Shown: in pieces, positions 1 through 8,453 of the stretch | Layout: every line of letters begins with the position of its first letter | Numbering within the stretch: the first letter of the stretch is position 1 | Assembly (NCBI GenBank): GCA_046583095.1 | Contig: JAYGDB010000078.1 | Location: 7,220-71,219 of the forward strand | Origin: Myxococcota bacterium | GTDB taxonomy: Bacteria; Myxococcota_A; UBA9160; UBA4427 | DNA: 64,000 nt | Direction of reading: 5' to 3' | The notes under the pieces: model-generated | The model's database searches: none | Seen by the model: the letters and a program-made list of their open reading frames with translations, nothing else | What the model was told of the DNA's origin: nothing | Made by a program: the position numbers and the translations under genes

Positions 1-166
1 CAGTCCGGCAGCACGGACATGATCCGGGTACTCACGGTCGACGCTTGAGCCGACCCGTAACGCCTCGCGTCCGTCGGCCCGGCGACGGGTCCCGCGACTC
101 CAGCCGTCTCGGCCTCGCGCTGGGCCCCCTACAGGACGATCCTCGGCGTTCGGTACTGTCTCGTAC

Positions 167-1861
167 TTGAAGTTCCTCCCCTCACAGCTCGTATACCTGC
201 TCTCGCAGCGAGACGCGCGGCGCAATCTGCGCGGCTTCGCCGCCTACGTGATGGTCCTGGTGGCCACCATCGTCGTCTACTCACTCCTCTTCCACGTCAT
301 CATGCAGCACGAGGGCCAAGAGCACTCGTGGCTCACGGGCTTCTACTGGACGTTCACCGTGATGAGCACCCTGGGCTTCGGAGACATCACCTTCAACAGC
401 GACCTGGGACGCGCTTTCAGCGTCCTCGTCCTGCTCTCGGGCATCATCCTGTTGCTGATCGTTCTGCCCTTCACATTCATCCAGTCCTTCTACGCACCCT
501 GGCTCCAGGCCCAGCTACATACGCGGGCGCCTCGGAAGATCGCGGAGGAGATGCGCAACCACGTGATCTTCTGCCGCTACGATGAGATCGCCCGGGGACT
601 GATCCCGTACCTCGAGAGCAGCGGATTTCCCTACGTCGTGATCGAGCCCGAGCCGGCGGCCGCCGCAGACCTGCACACGGACGGCATCTCCGTGGTCGCT
701 GGATCGCCCGAAGCGAAAGAGACCTACGAGAGACTCCGGGCCCGCGAGGCGCGGCTCGTCGTCGCGAACCTCAGCGACACGAAGAACACGAACATCACGC
801 TCACGGTACGCGAGGTCGCGCCGGACGTCGCGATTGCGGCGCTGGCCGAGAAGTTCGACTCCATCGACGTTCTGGAACTCAGCAGCGCCGATCACGTGCT
901 GGGCATCAAGCGCGATCTGGGCGCGCAGCTCGCCAACCGGGTCGCGGTCGGCGCGCGCCATGCTCACCGGATCGGGCGCTTCGACGACCTGGTGATCGCC
1001 GAGTTTCCCATCCATGGAACTTCGCTGCCGGGTCGTACCGTGCGGGAGACACGGCTGCGAGAGCTGACGGGTCTCACCGTCGTGGGCGTGTGGGAGAGGG
1101 GGCACCTGCTCTCGGCAGGTCCCGACACCACTCTCTCGGAGCACAGCGTGCCTGTGATGATCGGAACCGAGGAACAGTTGAGCGAGCTCGACGCCTTCTT
1201 CGTCATCTACGAGCAGAGCGACAGCCCGGTGCTCGTGATCGGTGGCGGGAATGTCGGCTGCGCAGCGTCCGAAGCCCTGCGGAAGCGCGGTGCCAGAGTC
1301 ACGATCGTCGACTCGAACCCCGAGCTACACGACCAACTCGCGCTGGTGGCCGACCAGGTCATGATCGGGGATGCCTCCAACATCGACGTCGTCACCGAGG
1401 CGGGGATCGTAGACGCACCGGCCGTCGTGCTGACGACCAACGACGATGCGACCAACATCTTCCTCGCGGTTTATTGCCGGAAGCTGAACGCCGAGACGCA
1501 GATCGTCAGCCGCATCACTCACGAATACAATCTCGAGGCCATCCATCGAGCAGGTGCGGACTTCTCCCTGAGCCACACGAGCCTCGCCGTCAAGAACCTG
1601 CTGGCCATCGTCCAGAACAAGGAGCTGGTGGTTCTCGGGGAAGGCGCCGACATCGCCGTGCATCCGATCCCGCCGACTCTCGTCGGCAAGAGCCTGGGCG
1701 ATAGCCAAATCGGCGCCAGGACGGGCATGAACGTGATCGCGATCCGCAGCAACGGAGAGTCGCTGACGAACCCGCCGGCGAGCGCCAAGCTGCCGGAGGG
1801 CGGAGAACTCGTGATGGTGGGTACCGCCCAGCAGCAGCAGCACTTCCGGGATCTCACGTAG
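167..1861 (+). CDS. K+ channel with tandem C-terminal RCK/TrkA domains
   Basis: 564-aa ORF with a TTG start at 167; the start is uncertain. Two N-terminal hydrophobic helices flank the pore signature TVMSTLGFGD, a variant of the K+ selectivity filter TVGYGD. Two Rossmann-type RCK/TrkA-N segments follow (the second has VLVIGGGNVGCAASEAL), each with a TrkA-C-like tail. Confidence 0.85.
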   Translation: MKFLPSQLVYLLSQRDARRNLRGFAAYVMVLVATIVVYSLLFHVIMQHEGQEHSWLTGFYWTFTVMSTLGFGDITFNSDLGRAFSVLVLLSGIILLLIVLPFTFIQSFYAPWLQAQLHTRAPRKIAEEMRNHVIFCRYDEIARGLIPYLESSGFPYVVIEPEPAAAADLHTDGISVVAGSPEAKETYERLRAREARLVVANLSDTKNTNITLTVREVAPDVAIAALAEKFDSIDVLELSSADHVLGIKRDLGAQLANRVAVGARHAHRIGRFDDLVIAEFPIHGTSLPGRTVRETRLRELTGLTVVGVWERGHLLSAGPDTTLSEHSVPVMIGTEEQLSELDAFFVIYEQSDSPVLVIGGGNVGCAASEALRKRGARVTIVDSNPELHDQLALVADQVMIGDASNIDVVTEAGIVDAPAVVLTTNDDATNIFLAVYCRKLNAETQIVSRITHEYNLEAIHRAGADFSLSHTSLAVKNLLAIVQNKELVVLGEGADIAVHPIPPTLVGKSLGDSQIGARTGMNVIAIRSNGESLTNPPASAKLPEGGELVMVGTAQQQQHFRDLT

Positions 1862-1924
1862 GCCTCCAGATTCGCCGGCACGAAGGCCGCGAAGCTGGGA
1901 TCGATCTCGATGGACGAGTGATGG

Positions 1925-2788
1925 TTAGACGACCTTCGCGAGGACTTCGTCGGCAAAGCGCGGAAGCTGCTCGATCGGATTGCCTCCGAGTGCGGGAATC
2001 GGAACGACCAGTCGCTCGACCCCCATCTCGCGGTAGCGCGCCACCGAGTCGACTCCCTCCATCGCCGGGATCCACATAGCGGTGATCTCGACGGAGGCAA
2101 CGTCGCGGCCTTCCGCCTCGCAGGCCTCCTCGAGCTTCGCGATCAGAGGCTCGAGATCGTCCGCCCTGCTGGTCGGCACGAACCACCCTTGCCCGTACTT
2201 CGCAACGCGCTGGAACGCCTTGCCCTTGGATCCACCGATGACGACCGGGAACGGATCCTGGACCGGAAGAGGATGGCTCTTGAAGCCGTCCCACTTCACG
2301 AACTCGCCTTCGTGCGCAACAACACCTTCCGACCAGACCTTTCGCATGGCTTCGATGTAGTCGTCAAAGCGGGCGCCGCGGCGCTCGAAGGGTGTGCCCA
2401 TAGCGTCGAACTCCTCTCGCAGCCAGCCGATCCCAACACCCAGCATGAAACGCCCACCGGAGATGAAGTCGAGGCTCGCCGCCTGCTTGGCGAGGAGCAG
2501 GGGATTCACCTGGGGCAGGATGTTGACACCCGTGCCTAGCCGGATGCGCTCGGTGTTCGCGGCGACGAGAGCCAGCGCAATCAGCGGATCGACGAAGTTT
2601 GTTTCGGGCGTGGTGCCCATCTTGCCGTCGCGGCTGTAGGGATACTTCGACTGGTAGTCGATGGGAACGACCGCGTGCTCGAAGGTCCACAGGGACTCGA
2701 TGCCCACCTCCTCGGCCTTCTGGGCAACGGCAACGATCGCTTCCGGAGTCTGCACGCCGACGTTGACAGGGATCAGTCCGATCTTCAT
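1925..2788 (-). CDS. Luciferase-like (LLM class) flavin/F420-dependent oxidoreductase
   Basis: The track ORF is 341 aa. The conserved protein starts at MKIGLIPVNVG (ATG at 2788) and is preceded by GGAGGA. LLM-like segments are present (ESLWTFEH, GGRFMLGVGIGW). The cofactor (FMN or F420) cannot be decided from sequence. Confidence 0.8.
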   Translation of the reverse strand: MKIGLIPVNVGVQTPEAIVAVAQKAEEVGIESLWTFEHAVVPIDYQSKYPYSRDGKMGTTPETNFVDPLIALALVAANTERIRLGTGVNILPQVNPLLLAKQAASLDFISGGRFMLGVGIGWLREEFDAMGTPFERRGARFDDYIEAMRKVWSEGVVAHEGEFVKWDGFKSHPLPVQDPFPVVIGGSKGKAFQRVAKYGQGWFVPTSRADDLEPLIAKLEEACEAEGRDVASVEITAMWIPAMEGVDSVARYREMGVERLVVPIPALGGNPIEQLPRFADEVLAKVV

Positions 2789-2834
2789 GGGGGGGTCCTC
2801 CCGGGCCCGTGAGGCGAGGTTGTCGTGAGGAGTT

Positions 2835-4295
2835 TCAAGCAGAGGCCAGATTCGCCGCGTGGCGACCGGCTCGACGGCCGAAGAACGTCCCCTCACCAAT
2901 ACAGGTGCCACTCGAGTAGCCGAGGCCGTCCTGGGCGATGTTCGATGCACAACCCCCGGCCGCGTAGAGGCCCTCGATCACGGATCCGTCCGGGCGGACG
3001 ACCTGTGCATCGATCGTTACCCGCAAGCCACCGAGGGGGAAACCCACGTAGTTCGCCTTGCCGACGGACATGTCGAGGGCCGCGTAGGGCGGGTTCGTCA
3101 GGGGCTTCATCCACTTCGCGGTCTTGTGGAACTCCAGGTCGTCGCCCTTCGAAGCAAACGAGTTGTAGTCCGAGACCGTCTTCTGCAGCGAGCCGTCGGG
3201 CATCCCGAGATCGCGCTCCATCTGCTCGATGTCCGCCCAGGCGTCTACCAGCGGCTGCCACTGGAAGAGCGGTTGGGCGAAGAAGGAGTCATCGGCGATC
3301 AGGTAAGCGACCCCGTCGGGCTGCTCGGTGCAGCAGATGCTCGTCTTCGAGTGGTAAGAGTCTTCGTTGATGAAGCGCTTGCCGTGCTTGTTGACGAGGA
3401 TGCCGTAGATGAGCTGCTCGGGCGGATAGAAGGGCGACGTGAGAAGCGCACCGTCCATGTGGTCGCACACGCCGCCCGCCGCCTCCCCCAACAGGTGGCC
3501 GACGCCGTCGTCGAAGGTCCCACCCTGCTTCTCGATCCGCTCGTCGGCCAGCCGAGGACAGCGCTCGTCGATGAGCTCCTGGTTCATTCCGAACTGCCCG
3601 GCAGCGAGGATCACCGCCTTCCGAGCGCGCGCGGCCTTCTCGCCCTCGGTCGTTCGGTACGAGACCCCCACGATACGGTCTCCCGCGCGCACCAGGCGGG
3701 TCACCCGCGCGTCGCACTCGATACGAACGCCGTGCTTCTCCGCACGGGCGACGAGCACCTCGATCAGCTTGGCGCCTCCCGCTTCGCCCTCCATCGCCAC
3801 CTTGTGGCCACGCGCGGCCGGCTTGGCCTGCTCGTTGAAGGGCCACGCCGCCTCGTTGCCGGACTCGATCAGGCACTCGGTGGTCATCTGGACGACGTTC
3901 TTCTCCCTGTGGTAGCTGTCCTCGAAGGGCACGCCCTGCTCCACCAGCCAGTCGAAGTGAGCGACACTCTCATCGCAATAGAGCCGGATCTTCGCCTCGT
4001 CGGGCTCGGGCGTGTTCGCCACGAGGTACTTGTACATGTCCTCGACGTCGTCCTCGATCCCGACGGCCTTTTGCACCCGGGTGCCGCCGCCCATGTAGAG
4101 GTGCCCGGCCGCGGACGCCGTCAGCCCGCCGGCCCCGCTGGCACGTTCGAGGACGAAGACACTCGCCCCCGCTTCGGCCGCCTCGATGGCCGCACAGCTA
4201 CCGGCCGACCCGAGGCCGACGATCACGACGTCTGCCTCCTCGTCCCAGCTTTCGATCGTGGCCGCGTCGATGACGCCGTAGTCGGGTGCACTCAT
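2835..4295 (-). CDS. FAD-dependent oxidoreductase (fumarate reductase / KstD-like FAD_binding_2 family)
   Basis: 486-aa ORF. The N-terminal dinucleotide-binding fold is VVIVGLGSAGSCAAIEAAEAGASVFVLE. The C-terminal GLYAAGGCA motif is typical of this flavoprotein family. It is co-directional with the LLM gene, 46 bp downstream. Confidence 0.85.
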   Translation of the reverse strand: MSAPDYGVIDAATIESWDEEADVVIVGLGSAGSCAAIEAAEAGASVFVLERASGAGGLTASAAGHLYMGGGTRVQKAVGIEDDVEDMYKYLVANTPEPDEAKIRLYCDESVAHFDWLVEQGVPFEDSYHREKNVVQMTTECLIESGNEAAWPFNEQAKPAARGHKVAMEGEAGGAKLIEVLVARAEKHGVRIECDARVTRLVRAGDRIVGVSYRTTEGEKAARARKAVILAAGQFGMNQELIDERCPRLADERIEKQGGTFDDGVGHLLGEAAGGVCDHMDGALLTSPFYPPEQLIYGILVNKHGKRFINEDSYHSKTSICCTEQPDGVAYLIADDSFFAQPLFQWQPLVDAWADIEQMERDLGMPDGSLQKTVSDYNSFASKGDDLEFHKTAKWMKPLTNPPYAALDMSVGKANYVGFPLGGLRVTIDAQVVRPDGSVIEGLYAAGGCASNIAQDGLGYSSGTCIGEGTFFGRRAGRHAANLASA

Positions 4296-4385
4296 GTCGT
4301 GATCCTCACTTCGCGAAGGAGCACAAGTGTAGTCCGAGATGAGTCCTTCGATCCTCGAAAATGGGCACTGTGATAGAGTCGTCGT

Positions 4386-4664
4386 ATGCGGAGGAACACC
4401 GCGATGCTGGTGCTGGCGGCGGCCCTCCTGTCACCTCTCAGCGCGCGAGCCGAGACCGACCTGGCCCTCTACGCCGGAGCGGCCTTCGACATGGTGGTCC
4501 TGCGCCCCCTAGGGTTGGTGACAACCGTGATAGGCGCGGGGCTCTTCATTCCGGCTGCCCTGGTGACGGCTCCGAACGGGCTCGACGGCATCGGGGAGGC
4601 TTGGCGGCTATTCGTGGTCACGCCGGCGGAGAATGTCTACAAGCGTCCGCTGGGAGATTTCTAG
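4386..4664 (+). CDS. Small secreted/membrane protein, function unknown
   Basis: 92-aa ORF with a signal peptide (MRRNTAMLVLAAALLSPLSARA) and then one hydrophobic segment. A second in-frame ATG at 4404 has GGAGGA upstream, so the start is ambiguous. Confidence 0.5.
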   Translation: MRRNTAMLVLAAALLSPLSARAETDLALYAGAAFDMVVLRPLGLVTTVIGAGLFIPAALVTAPNGLDGIGEAWRLFVVTPAENVYKRPLGDF

Positions 4665-4691
4665 TCAGCTCGAGACAGGCTGGAAAGAGCG

Positions 4692-5096
4692 CTAGTCCAC
4701 GACCTCGGCTGCCAGCGCAACACTGCTGACGCCGGCCAGTCGCGCTGCGTCCATGACCCGCACCAGGAGCCCATTCTGGGACTTCTCGTCCGCCTGGATC
4801 ACGACGGAGCCCTGGGGATTCTCGGCGTGCAGACGCTCGATGTTCGCCCGCAGCGCCTGCGGAGACACCTGACGGCGATCGATCCAGATCTGGTTGTCCT
4901 TCGTGATGGCGATCAGAATGTTCCCGCGTTCCTGGCGCTCGGCGGTCGCAGCGGGAGGCCGAGTGATCTCGATCCCCGCTTCCTTCACGAACGACGCCGT
5001 CACGATGAAGAAGATCAACATGATGAAGACGACGTCGAGCATCGGCGTCAGGTTGACCTCGCTCTCTTCCACCTCTTGTTGTCGCCTTCGTCGCAC
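4692..5096 (-). CDS. exbD: Biopolymer transport protein ExbD/TolR
   Basis: The C-terminal 134 aa of the 208-aa track ORF are ExbD-like: a basic N-terminus, a TM helix (NLTPMLDVVFIMLIFFIV) and a periplasmic domain (VVIQADEKSQNGLLVRVMDAARLAG). I chose the GTG start at 5096, which has GAGAGG upstream. The 74 codons above it have visibly lower GC3 and rare codons (ATA, GTA, TCA). Confidence 0.8.
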   Translation of the reverse strand: MRRRRQQEVEESEVNLTPMLDVVFIMLIFFIVTASFVKEAGIEITRPPAATAERQERGNILIAITKDNQIWIDRRQVSPQALRANIERLHAENPQGSVVIQADEKSQNGLLVRVMDAARLAGVSSVALAAEVVD

Positions 5097-5330
5097 GCGG
5101 ACCTCTCGAACTGAGGAAGACCGGAACGGTATCGATACCGGGGATCCAACGCAAAGGCCGTGCCGGCTCAGGTCGGCCGCCAGACCGACTGCCAGTGGCT
5201 TCGTCGCTTCCAGGAAGGAGGACGGGCGGGCTCGAAGGTCGTTCCTCTCCCCGCTATCGAAGCCCACGAAAGGCAGTACGCCGCTGCCTTCCCGATGCGG
5301 GCACTTCGGGGCGCTCACAGCTAGTCACGC

Positions 5331-5957
5331 TCAGATAAGGGGGTTGCGGCCTCTTGGGGGCGCGGGAGCGTCCGCGGGGCCATCCAGCGCAGCGAGCGGA
5401 TCCGCCTTCCGTTCAGGTGCGGGAGCCAGCAAGCGCTCCAGTAGTCGGGCGACCGCTTCGTCCAGGCGCAGGGCGTCGCCTTCGGCAACCTTCCGCTCGA
5501 GAACGCCACGCCAGAGGATCTGGCCGGTCTCAGACACCAGGCCGATGACCAGCCGAAGATCCTCGTGCACCCGGATCTCTTGGTCGAACGCCTCGATCCA
5601 ATAGGACGGCGAGTAGCTCATGCTCAAGAGCAGATAGGGTGCGCGAGGTACGTAGACAGCCACCTTTCTCTGCTCCAGCACGAGCTGATAGATGACGAAG
5701 AAATCCGCGTTCTTGGCCCGCTCGAAGCCATGGGAGCGCAGCTCCTTCTCGACCAGCCGCCCGAGGCTCTTGTGAAGCAGGCCAGGATTCCGGTGTGGCG
5801 CGTCGACGCCCAGCTTCGGCGCTGCACCCGGGGGAAGCCAGTTCCAGGTGCGCAGCTGCGACAAGTCGGCGCGCTCCTCGACGCTGACGTCCACTCTCGT
5901 AGCGCATGCGACGCCCATCCAAGCCACAACAGAGAGGAGGAGTAAGACGTTCCTCAT
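5331..5957 (-). CDS. DUF4136-like lipoprotein
   Basis: 208-aa ORF. The signal peptide ends in GVAC, a probable lipobox. The overall pattern resembles DUF4136 lipoproteins. It lies immediately downstream of the TPR gene on the same strand. Confidence 0.65.
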   Translation of the reverse strand: MRNVLLLLSVVAWMGVACATRVDVSVEERADLSQLRTWNWLPPGAAPKLGVDAPHRNPGLLHKSLGRLVEKELRSHGFERAKNADFFVIYQLVLEQRKVAVYVPRAPYLLLSMSYSPSYWIEAFDQEIRVHEDLRLVIGLVSETGQILWRGVLERKVAEGDALRLDEAVARLLERLLAPAPERKADPLAALDGPADAPAPPRGRNPLI

Positions 5958-6029
5958 GGCGTCTCCGCACGGGGTCCCGACGAGAGATGAGAATAGATCG
6001 CCGCGGCGAGTTCGCCACGCACCGCTCGC

Positions 6030-7295
6030 TCAGCCAGCCTGCCGCGCCTCTCTCTCGATGTGGTCGATCCACAGATCCGCCTGCCTGCGGCTGGGCTCGT
6101 ACTTGCGCGCGCGCGCGAACGACGCGCGGGCGCGTGCGACGCTCTCGACGTTGTAGTGAGAGATCCCGAGCAGGAGGTGAGCGTTCCCCGGCTCCTTGAG
6201 ATCACCCCTTGCAACGGCCTTCTGGAACAGGCGGACTGCGTCGCTCCATTCCTCACGATGCATGTGGACCTGTCCCAGGCGGACATACAGGTTCCCGTTC
6301 TCGGAGAGATCCGCTGCCTTCTGCAAGGGCCCTAGGGACTCGTCGTACTCGCGGGCCGCGATCCAGCTGTTCGCGAGGAGCTCGAAGGCGGCGCCGTCGG
6401 ACTCGATCGTCCCGGCTTCCATCTCCTTCGCAAGCACCAGAGCCGCGGGATGGGGAAGATCGTTGTAGAGGTAGCCGCGAGCGAGCCGCCGAAGCTCCGT
6501 ATCTTCTTCGAGTAAGCCCTGGATGTACGCGATCTGTTGTACCGCCAAGGAGCCTCGGAAGTCGTCGAGGGCGCCGTAGATGAGAGAGAGCTGGGACCAG
6601 TACTCCTTCTTGCGAAAGCGCATCACCAGTTCTTCGAGCACCGGCGCCGCACTCCTGTAGTCCTGGTTCTTGACGTAGAGGGCGGCGAGCAGCTGCAGCC
6701 ATCCCTCCTTCGGGTCAGGAGCGATGTCCACCGCCTTCTCGACATTGATGATCGCGTTGTCGAACTCGCCCAGCTGGTAGTAGGCGATCGCTGTCAAGTA
6801 GTAGGAGAGCGGACTTCGCTCCGGAACGTAGAGCGCCCAGGTGTCGATCGAAGCGACGACGTCGCGCCACTGGGCCAGTGCGGCGTACAGCTGCGCGATG
6901 CTGAAGCGAAGCTCGCCCTCGTCCCTGGGGGCCAGAATCTCCTCCCCCACCGCGTTCGAGAAGTTCTCGATGGCAGCCTGGAAGTCCTGCATGAAGTAGC
7001 TCACGTACCCGAGAAGCCTGTAGATGAGCGCTCGTTCGAAAGGATTCAGGCGCTTCATGTTCAACTTCCGTAGCAGCGCCAGAGCCTCGTGGGGATCCTC
7101 GCCGATCTTCTCCATGGCTGCGGCTCCGTACCGCATGACGCGCTCGCCCGGGAGGAAGTTGCGCTGCCTGGCAACCCGCCTCTCGGCCAGCTTCTTCAGG
7201 TCGATCCCCTGCTCGTCAGGGTCGTCTGCCACCGTCGCCGCCCCGACCGGGACCGCCAGCAACAGGATCACTGCGAGGAGCACGCCCCGTCTCAT
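6030..7295 (-). CDS. TPR-repeat periplasmic protein (TtpD-like partner of TonB2-type systems)
   Basis: 421-aa ORF with a signal peptide (MRRGVLLAVILLLAVPVGAA) and multiple TPR-like Ala/Tyr/Leu repeats. Its start overlaps the tonB stop by 4 nt (ATGA). Confidence 0.8.
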   Translation of the reverse strand: MRRGVLLAVILLLAVPVGAATVADDPDEQGIDLKKLAERRVARQRNFLPGERVMRYGAAAMEKIGEDPHEALALLRKLNMKRLNPFERALIYRLLGYVSYFMQDFQAAIENFSNAVGEEILAPRDEGELRFSIAQLYAALAQWRDVVASIDTWALYVPERSPLSYYLTAIAYYQLGEFDNAIINVEKAVDIAPDPKEGWLQLLAALYVKNQDYRSAAPVLEELVMRFRKKEYWSQLSLIYGALDDFRGSLAVQQIAYIQGLLEEDTELRRLARGYLYNDLPHPAALVLAKEMEAGTIESDGAAFELLANSWIAAREYDESLGPLQKAADLSENGNLYVRLGQVHMHREEWSDAVRLFQKAVARGDLKEPGNAHLLLGISHYNVESVARARASFARARKYEPSRRQADLWIDHIEREARQAG

Positions 7296-7912
7296 CGCAG
7301 ACGCTTTGGCATCTCGAACAGGAAACGGAACAGCTGCCCGGCATGCTCGACCGCGACCCCATCCCGGATCTGCGGGTTGTAGCGCCAGCGGCGAATCGCC
7401 TGCAGCGCAGCGCGATCGAACACGTAGGGAGGATTCGACTTGAGTACGCGCTCGTCCTTGACCGTGCCGACCTTCGTGATCGTGAACTCGACCTCTACCC
7501 AGCCTTCGATCCCCCGCTGCGTCGCGCGCGGCGGATAATCGGGGTTGACCCGCACGAGCGGCACGATGCCCCTGTCGCTGCCTCCCACGCCGAGGCTGGT
7601 CGCCTTCGCGAGCTCCATGTTGGTGTCGACGATTGGCACGATGGTCCCCACGGCGTCGCTCGGCTTCATGTTCTGCGCCATGTTCATTTCAGGTGGGGGC
7701 GGGGGCTGCTCGGGCTTCTCGCGCTTGGGAGGCTCACGCTTCTTCAGCTCGGGCGTCCTGTCCTTCCGCAGCCGCACGAAGTCAACGGTCAGGCGCTTGC
7801 CGGCCTCCTGGAGGTCGCCGCTCACGCTGATCAGAGCCTGCATCGCCCAGAAGAGCGCGAAGGCGGTCAGGATGCCCAGGACGATTGCAACGAGGAAGGA
7901 GCGTGCGGCCAT
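7292..7912 (-). CDS. tonB: Energy transducer TonB
   Basis: 206-aa ORF with an N-terminal TM anchor. It has a Pro/Glu/Lys-rich spacer (KKREPPKREKPEQPPPPPE). The C-terminal TonB_C-like domain reads YPPRATQRGIEGWVEVEFTI...ALQAIRRWRYNP. Confidence 0.88.
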   Translation of the reverse strand: MAARSFLVAIVLGILTAFALFWAMQALISVSGDLQEAGKRLTVDFVRLRKDRTPELKKREPPKREKPEQPPPPPEMNMAQNMKPSDAVGTIVPIVDTNMELAKATSLGVGGSDRGIVPLVRVNPDYPPRATQRGIEGWVEVEFTITKVGTVKDERVLKSNPPYVFDRAALQAIRRWRYNPQIRDGVAVEHAGQLFRFLFEMPKRLR

Positions 7913-7928
7913 TCACGCGACCACGGGA

Positions 7929-8453
7929 CTAGGAGTGCCCGATCTCGAGACTGTCCGCCATGCGCTCGCCCTCGTCCCGCGCAAAGCGGCGTAGCTGGAT
8001 ACTGAAGAGCATGCCCGAGAGCGCCGCCACCATCCCGGCCATCGTCGGCAGGGTGGCCTTCGAGACGCCACCGGCCATACCTCGGGCGTTGCCGCTGCCC
8101 GCGGCCATCACGTCGAAAACCTCGATCATGCCGGTCACCGTCCCCAGCAGTCCCAGCATCGGGCACAACTTCACGATGGTCTCGATCGGCCCGAGACGCT
8201 GCTGCAACTTCTGCCGCACCTGCGAGATCAGCATCCGCCGGATCTGGTGCGCATGCCAGGAAGAGTGTTCCGAGCGCCCGCGCCACAGCTCCCGGATCCG
8301 TTCCCTCTCCCCTCGGTGCCGAACCTGGAAGTACCAGAACCTCTCGTAGATCAGACTCCACATCACCGCAGTGACGAACGCGATGACCAACAGGACGTTG
8401 CCGCCCTGCTCGACGAAGTCGCGGACCGCGCGCAGAGCTTCAAACTCAGGCAC
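7929..8453 (-). CDS. exbB: MotA/TolQ/ExbB proton-channel protein (short ExbB)
   Basis: 174-aa ORF with three hydrophobic helices and the conserved LGLLGTVTGMIEVF motif. Its start overlaps the upstream long-ExbB gene end by 8 nt. Confidence 0.88.
   Translation of the reverse strand: MPEFEALRAVRDFVEQGGNVLLVIAFVTAVMWSLIYERFWYFQVRHRGERERIRELWRGRSEHSSWHAHQIRRMLISQVRQKLQQRLGPIETIVKLCPMLGLLGTVTGMIEVFDVMAAGSGNARGMAGGVSKATLPTMAGMVAALSGMLFSIQLRRFARDEGERMADSLEIGHS

Noticed and set aside
1-48. Possible 3' end of a plus-strand gene (…QSGSTDMIRVLTVDA, stop at 46-48)
   Set aside because: Only 15 codons are visible, which is too short to support any call.
5097-5318. 74-codon N-terminal extension of ExbD (GTG at 5318)
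   Set aside because: The extension has visibly lower third-position GC and rare codons. ExbD proteins normally have a short cytoplasmic N-terminus, and GAGAGG precedes the GTG at 5096. It is kept as a caveat in the spacer finding.
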